A stretch of 64,000 bases of DNA from Eledone cirrhosa (lineage: Eukaryota): contig OZ024740.1 in NCBI GenBank assembly GCA_964016885.1, forward strand, positions 250,666,001 to 250,730,000, written 5' to 3'. Shown one piece after another: positions 41,226-54,095 of the stretch. Position 1 is the stretch's first letter. Each line of letters begins with the position of its first letter. The notes below the pieces were generated by a model. It worked only from the letters and a program-made list of their open reading frames with translations, had not been told where the DNA came from and did no database searches. The translations under genes were made by a program, and so were the position numbers.

Positions 41226-42063
41226 TCTATATATCTAAAACACAGAATGTCTGTCTGTCTGTCAGCTCACTAAAACTTGAGAACCATCCAACCGATTGTT
41301 TTCAAACTTTAAACATGTAATACTTATGGTCCTGTGAGTGTTTTGAGCAAAATTATTTCAAATTTTCAATGCCGATTTAGCGTTCTCTATATATAATTCT
41401 TAGTCTTTCTTTTTAGATAGATACATAGATGTAACGTTGCGCCATTATAATATCTGTCTGTATGTCTGGCTGTCTGCATTACGTCATTATGACGCGCTCA
41501 GTGTGTGGATATACATATGTATCGTAATGCAGACAGCAAGACATAGCTTTCTTTCCCCTCTTCCAGCGTCCCTCTCTCTCCCTCCCGCTATCCCCCTCTT
41601 GTAGTCTGTCTCTTTCTTTCACTCTCACTCTCTCTCTACGCGTCGGACAGACAGACAGAGAAATTGCTGGTTATATATTATAAGGAGATGGTGCATCTTT
41701 CGATGTCTGCCAACAACTCCGGGGGCACATTTATGTGTGCTGTACCTTTATGAAAGTCGATGAGCTTGATAGCCTCTGCTAATTTAGTTTTTTCTTCAGC
41801 TATGTCCATTTTATGTTATTCTGTATTTTTCGCCACTGTCGCAGCAATATTTTTTCGTCGTTGTTATTGTTGATGTTGATTTCACTGTTGCTACGATGGC
41901 TTACATTTGCAACAAATATTGTTAGGTTTCCTTTGCACAAAGTAAAGATGCTTGTCTTACCTCTTTTGAGAAAAACTATTACAGAAAAATACAAAATGCA
42001 CGATATAAATTCACAAACCTAACGGCGCTACGAACTGCACATCTTCTCAGACCAAACATCAAA
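41226..42063 (+). mobile_element. Helitron 5' portion, directly preceded by a Helitron 3' end (CTAG 41222-41225)
   Basis: TCTATATATCTAAAA...TGTCTGTCTG resembles the 5' end at 27101. The 3' limit is uncertain. Confidence 0.65.
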
Positions 42064-42334
42064 GATAATAATAATAATAATAATAATAATGTTTTCTTTA
42101 TTAACCACAAGGGTTCACATAAAGTAGACATTAAGGACAGTACAGGACAATATAGGACGGTACAAATGGGCATTTCTGCGTGTAAAAAAAACAGAGGTTG
42201 AAATAAAATAACAAAGAAAAATTCCCCAATAGGGGGGAGACTTCCAAGGGACATTTGTGGAGAAAGCCCATTAAAAGACCACAGTGGCCCTGACCACCAG
42301 GGCAAGTGCCCTCTCCCAGTTTTCCACCTTTAAT

Positions 42335-45300
42335 TTACAGACACATACTCAGAGAAGGCCCATTCATTCGGGCCATACTTGCTTCTCTCACCCATCTTTC
42401 AACAAAATGCTGGGAAGAGAGCACTTCCCTCTCTACCCTGATTTTCCTTTTCAAATGAAATTTGAAAAAGTTAATCAGGGCATCACCGAAGAGGTAAGTG
42501 CTCGTCTTCAGCCCTTTCAAACGTGTCCACCATACTATCTCTTTCGCCATGGCCACCAGACAGATAAAAACTGCCTGCCCTTCCAGGCTAAAGGAAGGGG
42601 GCGGGGCAATCCTCACGATGGACTCAGCTGATAGCTGGATCCGTCCTACACGTGACAGCAGGTGTTCGACATAAACCCACAAGTCAGCAATGCTCGGACA
42701 CTGGACGAGTGCGTGCAGGACGGTTTCGTCACCCTGCGCGCATCTCGGACATGCCCGGCTGACGGCACCTCCATGCCTGTAGAGTTTATCCCGAACTGGC
42801 AAAGCTCCTCGGTAGCACTGCCAGGCCAGGGATTTCTGGAAGTTGTCCATAGGCCCCGGCCCGAAAGTCCTTCCGAAGAGATTGGCTAGTTGATTTTCGT
42901 CGACGCCTAGAGTTTCTCCAAGTACGTCGTCGCTCTTCCCCTCCACTAATCCCCTATAGAACGCCAAGGTGGAGTTTCCACCGACCACATTGCCCGATTG
43001 GCCGAGGGCTGTGAGCGCCTGAAGACATTCCAGTCTCCATGCGCTCCCTCTCGGTCTTCGCTTGACCCAGGACTGCAGCTCCGTCAAGGAGACGAGCTGG
43101 GGAAAAACGTGTCTTGCAAACGGCGACCACACCTGATCACCGTCGAGGAAGAGGTGGAGATGTCGTAGCCTGAGCGCGTGTCTGCGCATCATCAGCCACG
43201 GCATGCCCAGCCCTCCACGTAGCGGGTGTTGACAGCAGATGGACCGCCTGACCATCGGAGCGCGTCCCTTCCACAAGAAGCGAAAGAGCAAACGCTCCAG
43301 CGCAGTCAGGCGGGGCTTAGGACAAGGTACGACGGTCAGGCGGTAGTAGATGACGGATGCGATGTACGCATTCGCCACCTCCGCTCGACCTTTCAGGGAT
43401 AGCTTCCTCTCGGCCCATTTCTGGGTGAGAGAAGCCACCCTGCTCGTCACCTCGTCCCAGTTTTTGTCCGTCTGGAGGTCTGGACCGAACCAGACCCCTA
43501 GCAATTTAACCGGTCCGTCCGTCCAGCGCCCGACGACGCTGTTGGACGGCATGGACCTGCCTCTCCAGGTGCCGAGCTGCAGGCCCACTGACTTTTCCTG
43601 GTTGATCATTGCTCCTGTCACCGCTTCGTATTCTCTTAGTGTAGTGCCGATCGCCTCGATGTGTTTGGCGTTCGACACCACTACGGTGACATCGTCGGCA
43701 TATGCTGACACGGATCTTCCGCATCCTAGTTCGCGCGGGACCCCCCTCAACGTCTCCAGTTTGTGCAGTAATGGCTCGAGAGTCAATACGTACAATAGGG
43801 ACGAGAGGGGACATCCTTGGCGGACCGAGCGCATGATGTTGAACGGTTCCGAAAGGTGACCGTTCACTCTCACTACAGAGCAGATGTCGCTGTGCATGGC
43901 AGCGATCCAGCCTCTGAAGACGGGCCCAAAGCCAGCCGCCCTCAGGACTGCCGCTAGGTAACGATGGTCGACCCTATCGAAGGCTTTCGACTGATCTAAA
44001 TTGATCAAAGACCCACCCGTGCCAGGTTCCCTAGCTACCCTCTCTACGATGTATCACATGAGGTGGAGGTTGTCGTGGATGGATCTGTCGGGAATGGCGC
44101 ATGTCTGTGCCTCTCCCACCAGACCACCAACGACAAGCGCCAACCTCTTTGCTAGCACCTTGGCCAAAATCTTGAACTCTGTGTTTAGCAGAGTTATGGG
44201 CCTAAAATTATCTATGTTATCCCCCTTGTTCGGATCCTTTCTCAGCAGCGCCACCGCTCCTCGGCTCACAGAGCTGGGAATTCTCCCGTTCTGTTGCCAG
44301 TTGCAGTAGACGTCCGCCAAGAGGCCTCCGAACAAGTTTGGCATTTGTACGTAAAGTTCATAGGGCAGACCATCCAAACCAGGCGATTTACCCCTTGTGC
44401 AACTAGTCATTGCATCCCGTACTTCAGCGGTTGTTATCGGCTTTTCGCAACACTCCGCCTCAGTGGCCGAAAGCCGCGGCAGTCCGTCGAGGTAGACACT
44501 AAAGTCCATCCCTCGATCCGGCCCGCCACTGCCCCCGAACAGTTGAGCGAAGTGTCGCTGAAAAGCTTCACACATTTGCCCGGGATCGAGTAGCATGTGC
44601 CCGTCGTGGTCCACCAAAGACCGGATCGTGGCTTTGTTGCCACGACGCGCCTCCGCCAGTCGGGCCCATTGAACGGCTTTCGTCCCCTCGTGTCTGAGAG
44701 CACGCACCCTAGCTCTGACAACGCAGCCTTCGTGCTTTGCATTGAAGAATTGGTCAAGGGCAAATTTCGCCGCAAGTACGTCGGTCGCGATGCCTTTGCT
44801 AAGCGCCTCATCTAATTTTCTAACTAATTCTCCCTCTGCTCTATTTTTCTCTATTGTTAAAGTCTTACTAAACCTAATGGACTCTATTCTAATTGCTCTT
44901 TTCAGAGCAAACCACCACTTGTTGTTGACGATGGCCCCCGTCAACGCCCGCTTAACTAGTTCGCTAATCCGGTCTCTGTAGGCCTTGCGCGCTGGTAAGG
45001 ACGCGTTTAGCTTCCAGTAGCCGGGTCCTCGTCTATGAAGCCTATCTAAGTCAAGCACACAGATCACGAATTTGTGGTCCGTGTAGCTGACTATCTTGAA
45101 TTGTGGACAGCCTATGCTAGACCTATCTATTTCCCTACAAAATACTCTATCTAGATATGATCTGGATGACCCTATGCGATTTGTCCAAGTCCACATTGGT
45201 ACATTCGGGAAATCCATTCGGTACCTGTCAGACAGTTCAAAACGTCTGAGCAGGTTGGTGAGACTCTTGCACCCTCCTTCCCTATACACTAATCCCACAC

Positions 45301-45754
45301 AATCCCAGCGTGCATCTAAGATCCCGTTCCAGTCGCCCACTAACACTAAAGAGCGGGACGTTCCAAGAAAGGTCTCCAGACGCCGGAAGAAATCAGGCCG
45401 CCCTGCTCCTGTCGGGGCATAGACGGCCACTAACCTGAAAGCTTGCCCGTCTCCGCTGGTCACGTCCAGCACCACCAACTTACCTTCTGGGTCCAGGAAG
45501 ATGGCCCGTATGGCAAGATCCAAACCTCTCCGAAAAAGCACAGTAACTCCTCCCCCCGATCCCGGACGGCTGGGAGATGCGTACACATCGTAGCCGCCGA
45601 AGATCGGTGCGAAAGCCTGTGCTTCGGAGATTCTGGTCTTGCTGATGGCCACTACATCTATGTTTAGTGACCTGAGGTCGTTGAGCAGGTGGCCCTGCTT
45701 CCATGACGACCCCAAGCCACGCGCATTTATGCTGCCTATTCTGAGTGAGGTCAT
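42335..45754 (-). pseudogene. ORF2 (APE-RT-CCHC) of copy B with one in-frame stop at 44054-44056
   Basis: The 566-aa and 557-aa ORFs are in frame and colinear with the 1139-aa ORF of copy A. A CGA codon has become TGA. Confidence 0.93.
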
Positions 45755-45788
45755 GTTGAAAAGGAGTGGAAAAGATGGGAAAGACCAC

Positions 45789-47771
45789 TTACCTTACTTC
45801 TCGTAGGGAAAGGACGGCTTTTCCATCCTTTTCACTGCTTGTGGCCTCCTCAGGAAGGATGTCCTTATAAATCCTCCTGGAGAGTGCTTGTCGGAAGTCT
45901 CCGATGTCTTTGGGGAATTTTTGTTTTAGTGTCATGTACGTTTTCTGTGTGATGCCAGTGATTTGTATGTGTGGAGGTGGTGTGAATTTTGGGGTTGTTG
46001 TGTAGTCTTTTTCTGTGATGCTGGTGTTGTGTTGGATGTAGTGTAATAATTGCTTGTTGTTCAAATTTAATGCTGTGTAGTGTGTAACGTTTTGGTTGTT
46101 TTGTTTCGTTTGCGTTTGTTGTGGGTTTGTTTCTGTTTCGCATTTTGGTGACTTTTGTGGTGTAGGTGATGGTGGTGTTGGAGTTAATGATGGTGATGGT
46201 GTTGGTGTTTGGGTTGATGGGGTTGGTGATGCTGGTGTGGATGGTGGCATATCTGTCCTAACTTTTTTGTTTCTTAGTTTATTTGTTTCCTTCTGTATTT
46301 TGTTTTTGGAGGGGGAAGGAAGAGAATTTTTTCTTTTTTGGTTTCTTTTTTTTTTCCGGATATCGTTTCCCACTCCTCGTCGTCACAATCTGTCTCCAGT
46401 TGTGATAGGCCGGGGAGTGGAAAATCCTCCACAGCCGTTAGTTTTGGTTGGGGTGTGGTGGATGGTGTAGGCGCTGGTGCTAGTTCTGAAGCGTTGGGTG
46501 GTGGTGGTGTTGGTTTTGCTGGTGGTGGAAGTGGTGTTGGTTTTGCTACTGTTGCTGGGGTTGTTGCTGTTATAGTTGCTTCTGTTGTTGCTGCTACAGT
46601 TGTTGCTGCCATCTCTGCTACTGGTGGTGTTGATGGTTGTCACTGGGGTGGGTAGGAGAGGTGGCCTCAACCTTTTAGCCTGAGGGCAGAAAGCCCTTAG
46701 GTGGGTTCCTTCACCACAAACGACACACCTAGGTCTTCTGCCCTCGACAATTACCGTGAGGTGGCTGCCGTCAGTGAGGTCTATTACCTCTGGGATCTCC
46801 TCAATGCTTTTTTAGTCCGCTTGGATCAGGAGCTCCATCCCAGATCCGGACCAGTTTTCCTGCTTTTCTTTTGCTACTGCTATTATTTTCGTGTTGGCTT
46901 CGATGCCGGCGAGGACAGCCGCTATTAGCCAGGGAATTTCGATGGCCGGTGGAACGTGGGTAACCCTGATCTTTACGAGTCTCTGGCCACAATAGCTTGG
47001 GACGAGTGTGAGGTCGTCACTTTTTAATGGGGCCATGGAGTGTTCTCTAGCCTCCTCTGGTGTTTCAAAGAACACATCCACGGTTCCATACTTTTGCCCA
47101 CGTCTGATGTGGGTTTTTCTTGCCCACACATGTCCCAAAGCTTTTTGGATTTGGGACTCGGATGCCCGTTCCACTCGGCGCGATTTTACATTTATTGTTC
47201 TATACGACACGGTGCACAGGCGCCGATGCTCCATTTTATTAGGTGGGGGGGGGGGGGTGAGGCTGACCCTGTACCCATCTTTCTTTACCATTTGTTTGGC
47301 ATTTTCTAAATCTTCTTGAGTTACCGTGAACGCTTCGAATTGTTTTGCTACGATGGCGAAACTGAGGGTCGGTTTTATAATGTCATTGTTGTTGTTGCTA
47401 TCGTTAATATTAATTTTAGTTTCAGTTGTGGTGTTGGTGACGTCAGTCGTCTTTGGTGCGGAAGAGTCCATTTTGCTTGATTTCATTTCGACATCACGAG
47501 TTAATTTATTTTTTTCTTCTTTTGTTTCTGTTGTCGCGGTGGTGGTGGGGGTGGTGGTTGTCGCGGTGGTGGTGGTGGAGGCTTTAACACTTGCAGTCAT
47601 TGGTAATGGCGGGAAATGAATGTCTGCCTGAGAGAAATTTAAAATATTGCTACTGCTTATATTTTTTTTTGTGTTGGCAAACGTAGTAACATTTACAATG
47701 GTGGTGTCGGTGTGAGGTGTTATTTTGTGAGGAAGGCTTTCAGCTGCTTCGTGCAGAGGGGAATTAGCCAT
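45789..47771 (-). pseudogene. ORF1 (gag-like, Zn knuckle) of copy B, disrupted
   Basis: Homologous to copy A ORF1 in the core. A CVVCGEGTHLRAFC knuckle lies near 46690-46730. Confidence 0.82.
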
Positions 47772-47979
47772 TTTTTTTCAAAGAAATTTTTGGATAATAA
47801 TAAAAGTTAAAATTTTGGGCACAAGGCCCCAATCTTTTTGGGTGTCCTTTTCGGAAAACAATGTATGTGTGCTTATAAACAGTTAACAATAAAATTTTCC
47901 ATAAATGGCAATTTTTAACAAACGGAAATAACAAACCTTTGCGGAGCTCACGATGATACGATTTACTACGTAGGTCGCC

Positions 47980-48037
<58 letters not shown>

Positions 48038-48280
48038 TTTTCTTTATTAAACACAAGGGTTTACATAAAGTAGACATTAAGGACAGTACAGGACAATACA
48101 GGACGGTACAAATGGGCATTTCTGCGTGTAAAAAAAACGGAGGTTGAAATAAAATAACAAAGAAAAATTCCCCAATAGGGGGGAGGCTTCCGAGGGACAT
48201 TTGTGGAGAAAGCCCATTAAGAGACCACAGTGGCCCTGACCACCAGGGCAAGTGCCCTCTCCCAGTTTTCCACCTTTAAT

Positions 48281-51200
48281 TTACAGACACATACTCAGAG
48301 AAGGCCCATTCATTCGGGCCATACTTGCTTCTCTCACCCATCTTTCAACAAAATGCTGGGAAGAGAGCACTTCCCTCTCTACCCTGATTTTCCTTTTCAA
48401 ATGAAATTTGAAAAAGTTAATCAGGGCATCACCGAAGAGGTAAGTGCTCGTCTTCAGCCCTTTCAAACGTGTCCACCATACTATCTCTTTCGCCATGGCC
48501 ACCAGACAGATAAAAAGTTCCTGCCCTTCCAGGCTAAAGGAAGGGGGCGGGGCAATCCTCACGATGGACTCAGCTGATAGCTGGATCCGTCCTACACGTG
48601 ACAGCAGGTGTTCGACATAAACCCACAAGTCAGCAATGCTCGGACACTGGACGAGTGCGTGCAGGACGGTTTCGTCGCCCTGCGCCCATCTCGGACATGC
48701 CCGGCTGACGACACCTCCATGCCTGTAGAGTTTATCCCGAACTGGCAAGGCTCCTCGGTAGCACTGCCAGGCCAGGGATTTCTGGAAGTTGTCCATAGGC
48801 CCCGGCCCGAAAGTCCTTCCGAAGAGATTGGCTAGTTGATTTTCGTCGACGCCTAGAGTTTCTCCAAGTACGTCGTCGCTCTTCCCCTCCACTAATCCCC
48901 TATAGAACGCCAAGGTGGCGTTTCCACCGATCACATTGCCCGATTGGTCGAGGGCTGTGAGCGCCTGAAGACATTCCAGTCTCCAAGCGCTCCCTCTCGG
49001 TCTTCGCTTGACCCAGGACTGCAGCTCCGTCAAGGAGACGAGCTGGGGAAAAATGTGTCTTGCAAACGGCGACCACACCTGATCACCGTCGAGGAAAAGG
49101 TGGAGATGTCGTAGCCTGAGCGCGTGTCTGCGCATCATCAGCCACGGCATGCCCAGCCCTCCACGTAGCGGGTGTTGACAGCAGATGGACCGCCTGACCA
49201 TCGGAGCGCGTCCCTTCCACAAGAAGCGAAAGAGCAAACGCTCCAGCGCAGTCAGGCGGGGCTTAGGACAAGGTACGACGGTCAGGCGGTAGTAGATGAC
49301 GGATGCGATGTACGCATTCGCCACCTCCGCTCGACCTTTCAGGAATAGCTTCCTCTCGGCCCATTTCTGGGTGAGAGAAGCCACCCTGCTCGTCACCTCG
49401 TCCCAGTTTTTGTCCGTCTGGAGGTCCGGACCGAACCAGACCCCTAGCAATTTAACCGGTCCGTCCGTCCAGCGCCCGACGACGCTGTTGGACGGCATGG
49501 ACCTGCCTCTCCAGGTGCCGAGCTGCAGGCCCACTGACTTTTCCTGGTTGATCATTGCTCCTGTCACCGCTTCGTATTCTCTTAGTGTAGTGTCGATCGC
49601 CTCGATGTGTTTGGCGTTCGACACCACTACGGTGACATCGTCCGCATATGCTGACACGGATCTTCCGCATCCTAGTTCGCGCGGGACTCCCCTCAACGTC
49701 TCCAGTTTGTGCAGTAATGGCTCGAGAGTCAATACGTACAAGAGGGACGAGAGGGGACATCCTTGGCGGACCGAGCGCATGATGTTGAACGGTTCCGACA
49801 GGTGACCGTTCACTCTCACCACAGAGCAGATGTCGCTGTGCATGGCAGCGATCCAGCCTCTGAAGACGGGCCCAAAGCCAGCCGCCCTCAGGACGGCCGC
49901 TAGGTAACGATGGTCGACCCTATCGAAAGCTTTCGACTGATCTAAATTGATCAAGGACCCACCCGTGCCAGGTTCCTTAGCTACCCTCTCTATGATGTAT
50001 CGCATGAGGTGGAGGTTGTCGTGGATGGATCTGTCGGGAATGGCGCATGTCTGCGCCTCTCCCACCAGACCACCAACGACAAGCGCCAACCTCTTTGCTA
50101 GCACCTTGGCCAAAATCTTGAACTCTGTGTTTAGCAGAGTTATGGGCCGGAAATTGTCTATGTTATCCCTCTTGTTCGGATCCTTTCTCAGCAGTGCCAC
50201 CGCTCCTCGGCTCACAGAACTGGGAATTCTCCCGTTCTGTTGCCAGTTGCAGTAGACGTCCGCCAAGAGGCCTCCGAACAAGTCTGGCATCTGTACGTAA
50301 AGTTCATAGAGCAGACCATCCAAACCTGTCGATTTACCCCTTGTGCAGCCAGTCATTGCCTCCCTTACTTCAGCGGCGGTTATCGGCTTTTCGCAACACT
50401 TCGCCTCAGTGGCCGAGAGCCGCGGCAGTCCGTCGAGGTAGACACTAAAGTCCATCCCTCTACCCGGCCCACCGCTGCCCCCGAACAGCTGAGCGAAGTG
50501 TCGCTGAAAAGCTTCACACATTTGCCCGGGATCGAGTAGCATGCGCCCGTCGTGGTCCACCAAAGACCGGATCGTGGCTTTGTTGCCACGACGCGCCTCC
50601 GCCAGTCGGGCCCATTGAACGGCTTTCGTCCCCTCGTGTCTGAGAGCACGCACCCTAGCTCTGACAACGCAGCCTTCGTGCTTTGCATTGAAGAATTGGT
50701 CAAGGGCCAATTTCGCCGCAAGCACGTCGGTCGCAATGCCTTTGCTAAGCGCCTCGTCTAATTTTCTAACTAGTTCTCCCTCTGCTCTATTTTTCTCTAT
50801 TGCTAAAGCCTTACTAAACCTAATCGATTCTATTCTAATCGCTCTTTTCAGAGCAAACCACCACTTGTTGTTGACGATGGCCCCCGTCAACGCCGGCTTA
50901 ACTAGTTCGCTAATCCGGTCTCTGTAGACCTTGCGCGCTGGTAAGGACGCGTTTAGCTTCCAGTAGCCGGGTCCTCGTCTATGAAGCCTATCTAAGTCAA
51001 GCACACAGGTCACGAATTTGTGGTCCGTGTAGCTGACTATCTTGAATTGTGGACAGCCTATGCTAGACCTATCTATTTCCCTACAAAATACTCTATCTAG
51101 ATATGATCTGGATGACCCTATGCGATTTGTCCAAGTCCACATTGGCACATTCGGGAAATCCAATCGGTACCTGTCAGACAGTTCAAAACGCCTGAGCAGG

Positions 51201-51700
51201 TTGGTGAGGCTCTTGCACCCTCCACCCCTATCCGCTAATCCCACACAGTCCCAGCGTGCATCTAAGATCCCGTTCCAGTCGCCCACTAACACTAAAGAGC
51301 GGGACGTTCCAAGAAAGGTCTCCAGACGCCGGAAGAAATCAGGCCGCCCTGCTCCTGTCGGGGCATAGACGGCCACTAGCCTGAAAGCTTGCCCGTCTCC
51401 GCTGGTCACGTCCAGCACCACCAGCTTACCCTCTGGGTCCAGGAAGATAGCCCGTATGGCGAGATCCAAACCTCTCCAAAAAAGCACAGCAACTCCTCCA
51501 CCCGATCCAGGACGGCTGGGAGATGCGTACACATCGTAGCCGCCGAAGATCGGTGCGAATGCCCGTGCTTCGGAGATTCTGGTCTCGCTGATGGCCACTA
51601 CATCTATGTTTAGTGACCTGAGGTCGTTGAGCAGGTGACCCTGCTTCCATGACGACCCCAAGCCACGCGCATTTATGCTGCCTATTCTGAGTGAGGTCAT
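48281..51700 (-). CDS. ORF2 protein, 1139 aa: apurinic-like endonuclease, reverse transcriptase, C-terminal Zn finger
   Basis: SINARGL, ISET, GDWN, YLDRV, TDH (APE); FRPITLLN, DQSKAFDRV, RQGCPLS, AYADD (RT). Carries CPRW in place of CPRC and KSTG in place of KSPG, so it may be inactive. Confidence 0.95.
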   Translation of the reverse strand: MTSLRIGSINARGLGSSWKQGHLLNDLRSLNIDVVAISETRISEARAFAPIFGGYDVYASPSRPGSGGGVAVLFWRGLDLAIRAIFLDPEGKLVVLDVTSGDGQAFRLVAVYAPTGAGRPDFFRRLETFLGTSRSLVLVGDWNGILDARWDCVGLADRGGGCKSLTNLLRRFELSDRYRLDFPNVPMWTWTNRIGSSRSYLDRVFCREIDRSSIGCPQFKIVSYTDHKFVTCVLDLDRLHRRGPGYWKLNASLPARKVYRDRISELVKPALTGAIVNNKWWFALKRAIRIESIRFSKALAIEKNRAEGELVRKLDEALSKGIATDVLAAKLALDQFFNAKHEGCVVRARVRALRHEGTKAVQWARLAEARRGNKATIRSLVDHDGRMLLDPGQMCEAFQRHFAQLFGGSGGPGRGMDFSVYLDGLPRLSATEAKCCEKPITAAEVREAMTGCTRGKSTGLDGLLYELYVQMPDLFGGLLADVYCNWQQNGRIPSSVSRGAVALLRKDPNKRDNIDNFRPITLLNTEFKILAKVLAKRLALVVGGLVGEAQTCAIPDRSIHDNLHLMRYIIERVAKEPGTGGSLINLDQSKAFDRVDHRYLAAVLRAAGFGPVFRGWIAAMHSDICSVVRVNGHLSEPFNIMRSVRQGCPLSSLLYVLTLEPLLHKLETLRGVPRELGCGRSVSAYADDVTVVVSNAKHIEAIDTTLREYEAVTGAMINQEKSVGLQLGTWRGRSMPSNSVVGRWTDGPVKLLGVWFGPDLQTDKNWDEVTSRVASLTQKWAERKLFLKGRAEVANAYIASVIYYRLTVVPCPKPRLTALERLLFRFLWKGRAPMVRRSICCQHPLRGGLGMPWLMMRRHALRLRHLHLFLDGDQVWSPFARHIFPQLVSLTELQSWVKRRPRGSAWRLECLQALTALDQSGNVIGGNATLAFYRGLVEGKSDDVLGETLGVDENQLANLFGRTFGPGPMDNFQKSLAWQCYRGALPVRDKLYRHGGVVSRACPRWAQGDETVLHALVQCPSIADLWVYVEHLLSRVGRIQLSAESIVRIAPPPSFSLEGQELFICLVAMAKEIVWWTRLKGLKTSTYLFGDALINFFKFHLKRKIRVEREVLSSQHFVERWVREASMARMNGPSLSMCL

Positions 51701-51735
51701 GTTTAAAATAGAGTGGAAAAGATGGGAAAGACCAC

Positions 51736-53846
51736 TTACCGTACTTTTCGTAGAGGAGGGATGGTTTTTCCATCCCTTTTCACTTGATCGTCTGGTGAAG
51801 GGACTGTTGAATCGTCCCTTCGGTTGGCCGTCGGCTCTTCTATGAGTATGTCCGAATATACTCTTCGGTTGATAGTTCCTCCTAGGTCTCTGAAATCACC
51901 AACTGCGTTGGGGAATTTCGTTTTAATGTTTGTGTATTGTTTCTGTGCTATTTTTAGCAGTCTTATGTTAGTTGGCGTTTTGATTGGTGCTGGTATTATG
52001 TAGTCGTGTTGTGAAATGTCTGTGTGTTCAATTATGTAAGTCATTAGTTTCTTGTTGTGTGTATTTATTGCCGTGCCTTTGTTTTTCTGGGGGTGGGGTG
52101 TGGTTCTGCTATTTTCTTGTCGTTGTTGCTGGGTGTGTGTGTTTTGTTGTTGTGTTTACGATGTTGGTGTTTGTGGTGGTGGTATTGAAGGTGTTGTTGG
52201 CGGTGGGGTTATCGCCGGTGGTGATGGTGGTACTAGTGTGGGTGGTGTGATGGTGTTGGTGGTGTTGCTGCTGTGAGTCTTTTTGCAGTAGACTTTACCC
52301 TTTTTTTCATTTCTTTCCTCCCTTTTCAAAGGCGACGATGCGCTGCTTCTGCGTTTGTGCCTTCTTACGACCTTTTGAAATCCCTCTCCCACCTCACACT
52401 CCATGTCTGATTCTGTGAGGTCGGGGAGGGGTACCAACACCACTCTTTCACTTGTTGTTGTTGGTGATGTTTGCACTGGAGTCTCTGTTGCAGCTGCATT
52501 TGGTATTGCTGTTGTTGTTGTTAATACTTCCACTGCTGCTGCTGTTTTTGATTTCCGTGGCATGGGTATGGGTGCCACGGACCTATCGTTCCTGGTTGCC
52601 GCTTGTCCTGTTGCTGGTAGCCGTGGAGCCGGTTTCGGAAGGAGGGGGGTTTTCTCCTTTCTCAGGGTCTTCTCGTTGCAGAAGGCCCTGAGGTGAGTCT
52701 TCGATCCACAGCGAAAGCATTTCGGGCGTTTGCCCTCAACACTTATGGGCAGTTTAGTGCCATTATCGAAGTCTATCACATCCGGGATAGCTTCGATGCA
52801 CTCCTGGTTGGTTTCGATTAACATCTCAATGGACGTGCCGACCCAATCTTCTCTTACTTTTTTCTGTACTTGCAGTACAGTTGTTTTGTCCTCGATTCCG
52901 ACGAGGACAGACGCGGCCAGCCAAGAAGGGGCCATCCCGGCGGGGGGGGTGCGCATGACAGTTTGACCCTCACAATTTTTTGCCCGCAGTATGAGGGCAC
53001 CAACACCATTTCCTCGCTCCTTAGGGTCACTACGGATTGAGCCTTTGCCTCCTGGGGTGTGGCAAAAAGTACGTCTACGGTGGCATATTTCTTGCCTCGG
53101 GTGATATGCGTTTTCCGCTGCCACACAGACCCTAAGGCTTTTTTTATTTGAGCCTCTGTGGCTCTTTCAACCCTACTGGATTTTGTGCTTACTGTACGGT
53201 ACGTGACCGTACAGTGCTGTTGGGTTTCGAAAAATGTTTCCGCTGCCTTGCAGATTGCTCGGTGTCCAATTTTTGTCACCATCTTCTTCGCTTCCTCTAA
53301 TTCCTCATTTGTTATGAGGATTGTTTCCAGGTTCTTCGCGATACCTGCAAACGAGATTGGTTTTTCGTTGCTGCTGTTGTTGTTGTTGTTGTCGTCAGAG
53401 CTGCTGTTACTTTTGTTGTTGCTGCTGGTACTACGACTACTGCCGCCGCCGCTGTTGCTGTGGTTGTTGTTGTTGTTGCTGCTGCTAATGCTGTTGTTGT
53501 TTATGCTGCTGCTGGTGCTGTTGCGGCTGCTACTGTTGTTTTCATTGTCACTGTTGCTGTTGTTATTACGGCTGCTACTGCTACTATTCCTGACGTCAGA
53601 CGAATGAAATGGGTTTTCGTATTTCCCGCAGACCTGTTTCGTCGTTGTCGTCGTCGTCGTGGAGAAATCTTGCACGCTTTGCACGAGACTTTTCTTTTCT
53701 CTCGTCGCTTGCGAAAGAGAAGGGAGGGAGAGAGACACATTTAAAGAAGGGAGGGAGAGAGACAATCTTCTCTCTGCTGTAGTGACGATTGAGGAAGAAG
53801 ATGGAATGAGTGGGAGTGACCTATGGAAATTCTTTTTCGTAGCCAT
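51736..53846 (-). pseudogene. ORF1 of copy A (Ser/Asn-rich N-terminus, CCHC knuckle), two frameshifts
   Basis: KCFRCGSKTHLRAFC. One frameshift is near the G-run at ~52942-52949 and could be a sequencing error. Confidence 0.82.
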
Positions 53847-54042
53847 GTTGTTTTTTTTGTTTAAAATAAACAAGCGGTTATTTAATCCCGAAGGGCCAAA
53901 TAACGGGCAGAAAGACCCCTCTCACGAGGAAGAGGGTGTTTTTGTCTACAAGTTGGTTAAAGTTTTAAAAAATTTACAATTGTTATAGCGGTCAAAATTT
54001 ACAATACCTTACAGAGCCGAGCCTCCGTCAACCATAGCATTC

Positions 54043-54093
<51 letters not shown>

Positions 54094-54095
<2 letters not shown>

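Larger units (their letters stand above)
42091..47979 (-). mobile_element. Near-full-length Tx1-like retrotransposon, copy B
   Basis: 5' UTR, ORF1, ORF2 and 3' UTR, with (ATT)n tracts on both sides. Confidence 0.95.
48037..54042 (-). mobile_element. Near-full-length Tx1-like retrotransposon, copy A
   Basis: Bounded by (AAT)n at 47980-48036 and 54043-54093. Contains ORF1 and an open ORF2. Confidence 0.95.
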
